DNA from: Octopus sinensis
Lineage: Eukaryota
Assembly: GCF_006345805.1 (NCBI RefSeq)
Contig: NC_042998.1
Span: forward strand, 31,000,001 to 31,064,000
Length of the DNA stretch: 64,000 bases
Reading direction: 5' to 3'
The notes under the pieces are model-generated. The model had not been told where the DNA came from and did not search any database. It saw nothing but the letters and a program-made list of their open reading frames with translations. Of this stretch, positions 53,332 through 64,000 are shown one piece after another; positions within the stretch are counted from its first letter, which is position 1; each line of letters starts with the position of its first letter. Made by a program: the position numbers and the translations under genes.

Positions 53332-54077
53332 GTCAGTATCAATTTTGACATCTCTCTCTGTCTTACTGAATACAATTATAAGCAGATCTCTTTTATCTCT
53401 CTCTCTATTTCTTTGTCTGTCAGTCTATCCATCCATCCATCCATCCATAGATGCCATCGCCCCACAAACTTTTCTTGAGACTCTAAAGCCAAAATCAAAT
53501 ATAATGCTTCACCTCTAGGAGGTGGGAATCTGTTATGGGCATTTGGTCAGCTAGTAAATGAAGGAAAATAATCTGGCGTCAGTGAAAATGGGTCATCTCC
53601 GTTAGAACATTTTTTTCTTACCCAACAGAGCAGTGACGAGGGATTTATAAATGGGGCTTACTTCCAATCGTAAGAACCCCCATGGTTCTACTCAGAAACT
53701 AGGGAATCCTATTTTAGTAAAATTTTTCTAATAGAAATTATCTCCCCTTCCCATAAACAGTGCTTTACATAATATGTTATCAATACATTAAGATTGTAAT
53801 CTCTTTATATTTACTGCTTCTATATCAAATTTTATTCAAGCTTTCAAACCTTATTATTTTAGTAAAAGATAATTCTGCATACACATATTTAGTTCGCTTT
53901 ACTCCACTATGCATCTTAAAACATTCAGAAATACAATTCATTTCTTTCAACTAAACAAAGAGTTGTTTTACAATATCCTTCCACAAAACAATTTAATATT
54001 ATTTTTAAACTCTATCGTTTAAATGTGATATTGAATTAATTTATTTTATAAACAAATCTTCCTTCTTTTCATTAAAG

Positions 54078-54110
54078 GAACGACAGCCTCTACAGCTACA
54101 ACAACCACTG
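54078..54110 (+). CDS. Putative Thr-rich mini-exon B (GTTASTATTTT)
   Basis: cttcttttcattaaag / gtcagt, 33 nt, phase 1-1. Confidence 0.7.
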
Positions 54111-54202
54111 GTCAGTATCAATTTTCACATCTCTCTCTACTCCTCTGCGTGTCTCTCTCTCTTATTTAATACAAGATTAAGCATATCTCTGTTTTATATA
54201 TA

Positions 54203-55145
54203 TACTAGCAGCATAGTCCGGCGTGTCCCGGGTATGTAAGAGCCCCTAATAGGCAACGACTTGCGGCTGCAGCAGCGATTAGCAGAAGTATTCCAAGGTT
54301 ATGTTGTCTGGTCATGTTTCGTCTCGTTGACTGCTTGAAGTGTTGGGGGTAAAGTCTCGAATGTAATTTCTTCCTGGTAGGAAATGGTTCACCAAAACTT
54401 AGGTTAGGCTGGAGGTTTCGATGTAATCTTTGGTTTGTATGTGGGATACCTTGAAGATTAAGTCTAGATTTCCTCCTGTGGGTTGAATTATCGATAGCTG
54501 TTTGATAGTTATTTGGGGCAGTAAGACAGTTAAAGAAGGTCGAGTTGCGTCCCCTAGACAGTCTGTGGTTTGTGTTTAATACACAAATCGTGCTATGTGT
54601 GCCACATATGATTTAATTAACCGATTTTTCCAGTAATAAAGTATCCTATTGGAATAAAAAAGGGCCATATAGCTCCTTGGAGCAGACATGATGTTCGCTG
54701 TGAATTTCAAAAAAAATTCCTGCCAATTTGGTAAAGTATTGTCGAAAATTGTCATCTTGAATTTGAACGCGATTTCCCAAATGGCATGATTTTTATCGAT
54801 TTTTCTCATGGTAAGGTATTGCATGGAAACCTAAAATCAGAATTAAGTTTCTTAGGGTAACCATTTAGCTTCACCATGAATATGGAGAAAATCGATTGCA
54901 AGTTGCGAAAACTACAACAGAAAATGTGTTGCGTATGAAAGCTTAGATTCTCGACCCCATGTCGAATTTATCGATTTTTTTCAGAACTGGGGGAACTTTT
55001 CAAAATTTCGCTATGTAGTTTTGAATTATGACATTGGGCTATGTGTGTGTCAAGTGTCATCAGAATCGGTTGAAAGCCGTGGTCGGGTGAGGTACAACCT
55101 GACAGACACCACAACAGAAAACTTGCCTTTTATAGAGAGAGATAT
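54203..55145 (+). mobile_element. Helitron-like non-autonomous repeat; partial second copy at 56206-56940
   Basis: Starts tACTAG followed by the GC-rich ccggcgtgtcccggg; ends aatcggttgaaagccg...cagaca...cttttatagagagagat; no TIR or TSD seen. Confidence 0.45.
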
Positions 55146-55265
55146 ATATTCCAACCCATGCTACAATGGAAAGCAGATGTTAAACGATGAGCACATGTAT
55201 ATACATATGTGTGGTTTCTCAAACCTGGCTCGCCTGGTTTTAGTACCATTTAACTTTGTTCTGTA

Positions 55266-56105
55266 AAATTTGGATGTTTTCACTTTTATTGGTAGATTTT
55301 TCAAATAATTTCTATGTAACTAAAAAATTTTAAACTTTGTATGCTGCTAGAATGTGTTTATAAAACATCTTTTTCTCTTGGCTTACTTTAGAAAATTATG
55401 TAGTTTGTAACATATTTGTTGTTTACTTTCTTGCATTTCGGCAATTTCAACCAATCAATGACGGCTATTGAGGTGAAAATAATTTCTGCCTTAACATTTT
55501 CTGGCGGCGTCATGTGAGAATGTCCCTGTTACATATTATATATTCGTTTCAGAAACAGATTGGGTTTATTTACATTTCTGAAGAGAAAAAAAATACCCTT
55601 CCACCCACCCATAACCCTCAAAATTGCCGAAATGCAAGAATTTAAACAACAACTATGTTACAAACTACAGAATTTTCTCAAGAAAGCCAACAGAAAAAGA
55701 TGTTTTATAAACACATTCTACCAGTATAAGAAGTTTTTAATTTTTTAGTTACATAGAAATTACTTTAAAAATCTGCTGGTCAAAGTGAAAAGATCCTCTT
55801 TTTTTTTTGTCAGAAATGTAAATAAACCTAATGACTTTCTTAAACGAATATATAATATGTGACAGGCACATTTTCATATGACGCAGCCAGCAAATGTTAC
55901 GGCAGAAATTGTTTCCAACTCAATAGACGTCCTTGATTGGGTGAAATTGCAGAATTGCACAAAATTAAACACCAAATATGTTACAAACTACAGAATTTTT
56001 TCAAGAAAGCCAAGAGAAAAAACTGTTTTATAAACACATTCTACCAGTATACGAAGTTTAAAATTTTTTAGTTACATAGAAATTATTTTTAAAATCTGCC
56101 ATCCA
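55266..56105. repeat. Foldback element: one forward arm and two inverted copies; second copy at 57056-57925
   Basis: 55270-55450 is reverse-complemented at 55620-55800, and 55270-55600 from 55800 onward. Confidence 0.75.
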
Positions 56106-56205
56106 NNNNNNNNNNNNNNNNNNNNNNNNNNNNNNNNNNNNNNNNNNNNNNNNNNNNNNNNNNNNNNNNNNNNNNNNNNNNNNNNNNNNNNNNNNNNNNN
56201 NNNNN
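56106..56205. other. Assembly gap (100 N)
   Basis: Run of 100 n. Confidence 1.
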
Positions 56206-58279
56206 TCTTTGGTTTGTATGTGGGATACCTTGAAGATTAAGTCTAGATTTCCTCCTGTGGGTTGAATTATCGATAGCTGTTTGATAGTTATTTGGGGCAG
56301 TAAGACAGTTAAAGAAGGTCGAGTTGCGTCCCCTAGACAGTCTGTGGTTTGTGTTTAATACACAAATCCGTTTGCTATGTGTGCCACATATGATTTAATT
56401 AACCGATTTTTTCCAGTAATAAAGTATCCTATTGGAATAAAAAGGGCCATATAGCTCCTTGGAGCAGACATGATGTTCGCTGTGAATTTCAAAAAAAATT
56501 CCTGCCAATTTGTTAAAGATATTGTCGAAAATATGTCATCTTGAATTTGAACGCGATTTCCCAAAATGGCATGATTTTATCGATTTTTTCTCATGGTAAG
56601 GTATTGCATGGAAAACTAAAATCAGAATTAAGTTTCTTAGGGTAACATTTAGCTTCACCATGAATATGGAGAAAATCGATTGCAAGTTGCGAAAACTACA
56701 ACAGAAAATGTGTTGCGTATGAAAAGCTTAGATTCTCGACCCCATGTCGAATTTATCGATTTTTTTCAGAACTGGGGGAACTTTTCAAAAATTTCGCTAT
56801 GTTAGTTTTGAATTATGACATTGGGCTATGTGTGTGTCAAGTTTCATCAGAATCGGTTGAAAGCCGTGGTCGGGTGAGGGTACAACCTGACAGACACACA
56901 GACAGAAAACCTGCCTTTTATATAGAGAGAGATATATATTCCAACCCATGCTACAATGGAAAGCAGATGTTAAACGATGAGCACATGTATATACATATGT
57001 GTGGTTTCTCAAACCTGGCTCGCCTGGTTTTAGTACCATTTAACTTTGTTCTGTAAAATTTGGATGTTTTCACTTTTATTGGTAGATTTTTCAAATAATT
57101 TCTATGTAACTAAAAAATTTTAAACTTTGTATGCTGCTAGAATGTGTTTATAAAACATCTTTTTCTCTTGGCTTACTTGAGAAAATTATGTAGTTTGTAA
57201 CATATTTGTTGTTTACTTTCTTGCATTTCGGCAATTTCAACCAATCAATGACGGCTATTGAGGTGAAAATAATTTCTGCCTTAACATTTTCTGGCGGCGT
57301 CATGTGAAAATGTCCCTGTTACATATTATATATTCGTTTCAGAAACAGATTGGGTTTATTTACATTTCTGAAGAGAAAAAAAATACCCTTCCACCCACCC
57401 ATAACCCTAACCTTGACCCTCAAAATTGCCGAAATGCAAGAAATTAAACAACAACTATGTTACAAACTACAGAATTTTCTCAAGAAAGCCAACAGAAAAA
57501 GATGTTTTATAAACACATTCTACCAGTATAAGAAGTTTTTAATTTTTTAGTTACATAGAAATTACTTTAAAAATCTGCTGGTCAAAGTGAAAAGATCCTC
57601 TTTTTTTTTTGTCAGAAATGTAAATAAACCTAATGACTTTCTTAAACGAATATATAATATGTGACAGGCACATTTTCATATGACGCAGCCAGCAAATGTT
57701 ACGGCAGAAATTGTTTCCAACTCAATAGACGTCCTTGATTGGGTGAAATTGCAGAATTGCACAAAATTAAACACCAAATATGTTACAAACTACAGAATTT
57801 TTTCAAGAAAGCCAAGAGAAAAAACTGTTTTATAAACACATTCTACCAGTATACGAAGTTTAAAATTTTTTAGTTACATAGAAATTATTTTTAAAATCTG
57901 ACCATCAAAGTGAAAAGATCCTAACATTTTTCTAATAGAAATTAACTTCCCTGCCCAAAATCTGTGCTTTACATAATATGTTATCAAAACATTATTAAGA
58001 TTGTAATCTCTTTATATTTACTGCTTCTGTATCAAATTTTATTCAAGCTTTCAAACTTTACTATGTTAGTAAAAGATAATTCTGCATACACATATTTAGT
58101 TCGTTTTACTCCACTATGCATCTACAAACATTCAGAATCACAATTCATTTCTTTCAACTAATCAAAGAGTTGTTTTACAATATCCTTCCACAAACAATTT
58201 AATATTATTTTTAAACTCTATAGTTTAAATGAGATATTGAATTTATTTTATGAACAAATCTTCCTTCTTTTCATTAAAG

Positions 58280-58312
58280 GAACGACTGCCTCTACAGCTA
58301 TAACAACCACTG
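58280..58312 (+). CDS. Putative Thr-rich mini-exon C (GTTASTAITTT)
   Basis: cttcttttcattaaag / gtcagt, 33 nt, phase 1-1. Confidence 0.7.
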
Positions 58313-60039
58313 GTCAGTATCAATTGTCACATCTCTCTCTAATCCTCTCTGTGTCTCTCTCTCTTATTTAATACAAGTATAAGCATATCTCTGTTACATA
58401 TAAATAATTCAAATGAAATCAAGCCCGTTTTATGCTTCACAATTACTTATGACACAATAAAGGACTGAAATGCATATTAACAGAACTGTCCAATGCTCAT
58501 ACAGTCTGCAATGTATTAAGAACATTTTTGAAACTTTTCTCATGCTAAAATCATAAAATATTACATTCAAAATGCATTTTTGTATAATTGTGTCCAAGTC
58601 GAGAGGAGCTAGATGACACTGAACAAGGATATGATATTCAGGAAAATACAATGTGCAATTTCACACTCTCATAAAAAATAATGCTACAATAGAGACAAGA
58701 GAGGTGTGAAGAAATTGTGTGAATTAAATTTTCAATGGAAACACCCTTCGACTATATAGAATGCACAAACAAATTAATAGTCCACATGAATTTGTTTTTC
58801 AGTAACAACTTCACCTCAAAACAATGGGATAATGGACCTTTTCAATATACACAAACCTATGTTTATTCATCGCATCCCTTGTAGAAAGTGCACACCAAGT
58901 GTGATGTAAGAACATCTGAAAACGAAACAGCTGAAATGTGTTTCTCGTTTAGCAAATTTGATCTGAATGTTTCCACATCTCTCAAAGCTGTTGATACTGC
59001 TAACAACTCCAAGCATTTCTCCCTATTTCTCACACACTATCGTTCTTCACTCTCTCTCACTCGTTCTACCTATTTCTCTCACTCTCACCGCCTCCTCCTC
59101 TCGTGATCTCTCTGTAATACATACATATCTACTCTCTCCAATTTTCTGCCTTATGTCCACAAACACTTAATTCAGGTCTCATTATAAATTTTCTTCAAGA
59201 TATCAAGAGAGTTAATTAAATTATTTAGGTATCTTTTTCAAAATTAGTAATGCATGATAGGCGTTGCAAATGCATTACATAATAATTTTTTGCTGATCTC
59301 ATTTCCTGACATTTCCAGAAGTCTCGCAGTTACCAGAGACAAAGCATATCTCTTTTATATCTCTCTCTCTATTTCTTTGTCTGTTAGCCTACCCATCCAT
59401 ACATCCATAGATGCCATAGCCCCGCAAACTTTCATCAGACTCTAAAGCCAAGATCAAATATAACTCTTCGCCTCTCGGATGTAGGAATCTGTTATGCGGA
59501 TTTGGTCAGCTAGTAACTGAAGGAAAATGATCTGGTGTCAGTGAAAATGGGTCATCTCCGTTAGAACATTTTTTTTCTTACCCAACAGAGCAGTGACAAG
59601 GGATTCATACTTGGGGCTTATTTCCAATCGCAAGAACCCCCATGGTTCTACTCAGAAAGTAGGGTATCCTATTTTTGTAAAATTTTCCTAATAGAAATTA
59701 TCTCCCCTTCCCATAAACAGTGCTTTAAATAATGTTATCAATACATTATTAAGATTGTAATCTCTTTATATTTACTGCTTCTATATCAAATTTTATTCAA
59801 GCTTTCAAACCTTATTCTTTCAGTACAAGATAATTCTGCATACACATATTTAGTTCGTTTTACTCCACTATGCATCTAAAAACATTCAGAAAAACAATTC
59901 ATTTCTTTCAACTAAACAAAGAGGTTTTTTACAATATCTTTTCACAAAACAATTTAATATTATTTTAAAACTCTCTGATTTAAATTTGAATATCAAATTC
60001 ATTTACTTTATGCATAAACCTTCCTCCTTTTTATTACAG

Positions 60040-60078
60040 GAATTACAGGAACCACCACACCTTATATACCCACTGGAG
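60040..60078 (+). CDS. Putative Thr/Pro-rich mini-exon D (GITGTTTPYIPTG)
   Basis: ctcctttttattacag / gtcagt, 39 nt, phase 1-1; a second in-frame acceptor lies 9 nt inside. Confidence 0.65.
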
Positions 60079-60622
60079 GTCAGTATTTAGTTTGATATCA
60101 CTCTCTACTCATCAGTTTCTCTCTCTCTCTCCCATGCCCTCTTATTACATACAAGCATAAGCATATCTATTTATATCTGTCTCTCTATCTCTCTTTCTGT
60201 CAGTCTATCCAGCCATTCATCTATCTATCTGCAAATGCCATAGCCCTGCGAATGTCTCATCAGACTCTAAAGCCAAAAACATATATAAGTCTTCACCTCG
60301 GGGAGGCAGGAATGCATTATGGGTATTTGGTCAGCTAGTAACTCTAGAAAAATAGTCTGGAGTCAATGACAATGAGTCATGTTCGTTAGACCATTTTTTT
60401 GTTGCCGATTAGAGGGGGACAAGGCATTTAATCTGGGGCTTCTTTTGGATCGTAAGAACACCTCTGGTTCTAATTAGAAAATAGGGAATCCTATGCTTGC
60501 ATTAAGGAGCATTTGGAAATGAATGCAAGGGCTGTAAATGCCCATGCATCCATTTATACACAATATGCTGTTAGATATGAAGAATATTATAATGCATTAC
60601 AATACATTTATTTAATTTATAG

Positions 60623-60661
60623 ATAGTCACATTCATTGTAATGTTTCAGTTTTGCAAACTG
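60623..60661 (+). CDS. Possible further symmetric mini-exon (DSHIHCNVSVLQT, or 12-nt VLQT from 60650)
   Basis: tttaatttatag or gtttcag acceptor, ACTG|gtaata donor, phase 1-1, no stop; not part of the duplicated unit. Confidence 0.3.
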
Positions 60662-62543
60662 GTAATATCTTATCTCACTTGTATTTTCCCCATTAAATGC
60701 TAATTTATATATTCAGGTTCTACTAAAACTTTCCAATTCATTTTTAGTTTAGCCATATTTATAATGTGAAGGTTTTACAGTTAACAAAATTGCTTACATA
60801 GTAACTCAACAGGCTAAAAATAGTAGCTGAAACAAAAATTACAGTTTACCATTTTGAAACCATCAACGAAATCATCTGATGGTGTGGATTTAAATAGAAT
60901 ATGTCTGAAGCAAAAGTGAAAAATTATGAGGTTAGCACATCTGCATCGCTTATGATCATAGGTCTGCTTCATCAGGGATGATCTCTATGCAAATCAGTAA
61001 AAATTAGAAATATGGCAAGGCTTTTTGAATTGTCAACAGCAATTAATAAAGAAATTATCTAGAGTATAACAGTTGTTGTTGGCTGTTCAAGTGGGTGTTA
61101 TTAAATGGAAAAATAGTTCGTATGAATCACCATAAAACATTTTTGTGTATAAATATATTGTTTATTCTGTGTTCATCTTTTGTGCTGGAAGCATGGGGCA
61201 TGATATAAAAACATGTGTGTTTACATACAAAGAAAGTTTTGATTTTTGCTTTTGCAGTGTAAGAAGTTACAGATAATATTTCTATTACAGTACATATGCT
61301 TGTGTGTAATGAGAACCGTCATTTTGAGAATGTGTGTGCAATAAAATATCTTCATTTACAAAACGTATATCCTGTGTCGAGGTGAATAGACATGTAACAC
61401 ACATGGGAGACGTGTCTTTGACCAAGGCCTGGCAGGAACTGAGATCGCTTCTATTGTGTAGCTCAGAATAAGGCTACTGTATCAAAGCGAGGCTAGCTAC
61501 ATCATCGATATATTGGTCTACAGTGCAGGTTGACTCACATATTACTATGCCTCAGTTATGTAGCTCTGCTACATAACCTACTGCTAGACTTGAAAAAGTT
61601 GAGAAAAGGTAAAGAGATGGCATATGTAAATGTGCAGTGCAGAAAGGAGGTAAGAACATGGAATATAAACAGAAGAATGCAATACAACAAAAAATGAGAA
61701 ACTGAAATGAAAAGGCAAAGCATGGTGACGGTAAACAATATGACCGCAAAGAAATAAGTAAAATGTTCAAGTTGATTACGTAAAGTTCAAAGGAATACTA
61801 TGAAGAACAAAAATGCGTTGTTGGTGATACATGTTGAAAAGTCTTTGGTACGTTCACAAATAGTTCACATGTATATAGTTTCAGACAGCGTGGTGGTCCA
61901 ATGTACACAGTGACCACTACAAGTCAAAGTAATGTATGTAGATGGAGGAGGGGTTAGTGTGTGTGATGGTGTTTGTAGTGGATGCAGAGGAGTAACAATG
62001 GTTTTAAGTTGTACAGTGAATGTGGGAGGTGTATGATGTGGTATTATACCCCTGTCTGTGTATGCCCACTTAAGCCTGACTATTGAGACAGTTTCCTTTT
62101 TACCATTAATATCTATGGTATATATATTTCTTTACTACCCACAAGGGGCTAAACATAGAGGGGACAAACAAGGACAGACATAGGTATTAAGTCGATTACA
62201 TCGACCCCAGTGCGTAACTGGTACCCTCCTTCTTCCATTTTCCTGAGCGCCTAATAATAATAATACTGTAATTGTTCCACGTGTTGTTGTTTTTTCTGTT
62301 TTCCCGTTTGGATTAACCTTATATATCATCATCATCATCATCGTCGTTTAACGTCCGTTCTCCATGCTAGCATGGGTTGGACGGTTCGACCGGGGTTCTG
62401 GGAAGCCAGAAGGCTGCACCAGGCTCCAGTCTAATTTGGCAATGTTTCTACAGCTGGATGCCCTTCCTAACGCCAACCACTCCGTGAGTATAGTGGGTGC
62501 TTTTTACGTGCCACCTGCACAGAGTTGCCACCATAATATATGG

Positions 62544-62549
62544 TATATG

Positions 62550-62580
<31 letters not shown>

Positions 62581-62585
62581 GATAT

Positions 62586-62617
<32 letters not shown>

Positions 62618-62683
62618 GATATATATATATATATTATGTATATATATATATAGTATATATATATATGTATGTATATATATATG

Positions 62684-62777
<94 letters not shown>

Positions 62778-62780
62778 ATG

Positions 62781-62856
<76 letters not shown>

Positions 62857-62882
62857 TGTATATTATATATATATATATATAG

Positions 62883-62940
<58 letters not shown>

Positions 62941-63298
62941 GTATATATATGTTATATATATATATATATGTATATTATATATATGTATATATATATGTAT
63001 ATATATATATATGTATTATATATATGTATATATATATTATATGATATATATGTATATATATATATATGTATATGTATATATATGTATATATATATATATA
63101 TGTATATATTGTATATATAATATATGTATAATATATATATATATGTATATATATATGTATGTATATATATATATATGTATATATATGTATATATATATAT
63201 ATGTATTATATGTATATATATGTATATATCGTATATATATATGTATATGTATATATATGTATATATATGTATATATATATATATGTATAATATATATG

Positions 63299-63391
<93 letters not shown>

Positions 63392-63455
63392 GGATATAAT
63401 ATATATATATATATATGTAATATATATATATGTATATATATATATAATATATATG

Positions 63456-63490
<35 letters not shown>

Positions 63491-63592
63491 GTATAATATA
63501 TATATGTATATAATATATATATATATGTATATATAATATATATATGTATATATATATATATATATGTATATATATGTATATAATATATATTG

Positions 63593-63627
<35 letters not shown>

Positions 63628-63645
63628 GTATATATAATATATATG

Positions 63646-63676
<31 letters not shown>

Positions 63677-63900
63677 GTATATATATAATGTATTGTATAT
63701 ATATATGTATGTATATTATATGTATGTATATATATATGTATGTATATATATATATATATGTATATATGTATATATATGTATATATGTATATATATGTATA
63801 TATGTATATATATGTATATATGTGTATATATGTATATATGTGTATATATGTATATATGTATATATATGTATATATGTATATATATGTATATATATGTATG

Positions 63901-63932
<32 letters not shown>

Positions 63933-63950
63933 TATGTATGTATATATATT
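62544..63950. repeat. 1.4-kb degenerate (TA)n array with TATG interruptions
   Basis: Direct reading. Confidence 0.97.
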
Positions 63951-64000
63951 ACTCTTTTACTTGTTTCAGCCATCCGGCTGAGGCCATGCTGGGGCACCGC

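Larger units (their letters stand above)
52880..60495 (+). repeat. Dispersed tandem copies of an intron-mini-exon unit of about 780 bp
   Basis: Homologous blocks at 52880-53730, 53730-54200, 57925-58400 and 59343-60495. Confidence 0.9.

Noticed and set aside
53519-53545. 27-nt phase 1-1 candidate exon (GGNLLWAF) in the duplicated unit
   Set aside because: The acceptor AG is absent in the paralogous copies near 59475 and 60300.
53629-53669. Candidate exon with a strong acceptor and gtaaga donor
   Set aside because: 41 nt, stop codon in the required phase, and the donor is gc in the paralogue near 59630.
58803-58910. Acceptor followed by VTTSPQNNG...
   Set aside because: No phase-1 donor before the in-frame stop.

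Overview
AT-rich animal genomic DNA. The SINE, RTE-LINE and microsatellite landscape suggests an octopus or other cephalopod (inference). The window holds the middle of one large + strand gene. Thirteen canonical AG/GT exons (3647-44417) join in frame into 725 codons: VWD(C-term)-C8-TIL-E-TIL-E-VWD-C8-TIL-E-LDLa, a VWF/gel-forming-mucin D2-D'-D3 block followed by an LDL-receptor class A repeat (SCO-spondin/mucin-like). Downstream, four phase-1/phase-1 mini-exons of 33-39 nt (53299-60078) encode Thr/Pro-rich peptides, each inside a duplicated intron unit of about 780 bp. This looks like a mucin PTS domain built from micro-exons and is the top finding. The introns contain a near-intact 5'-truncated RTE LINE with a PHD-like finger inside its RT, many remnants of that LINE, tRNA-derived SINEs, mariner/Tc1/DD37D/Sola-like/R4-like/CR1-like relics, piggyBac-type MITEs, a Helitron-like repeat, long inverted repeats, a well-formed minimal hammerhead ribozyme motif, kb-scale (TA)n arrays and a 100-N gap flanked by a 1.7-kb near-identical duplication. 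Repeat boundaries are approximate. Family names and VWF residue numbers are recalled from memory, not from searches.
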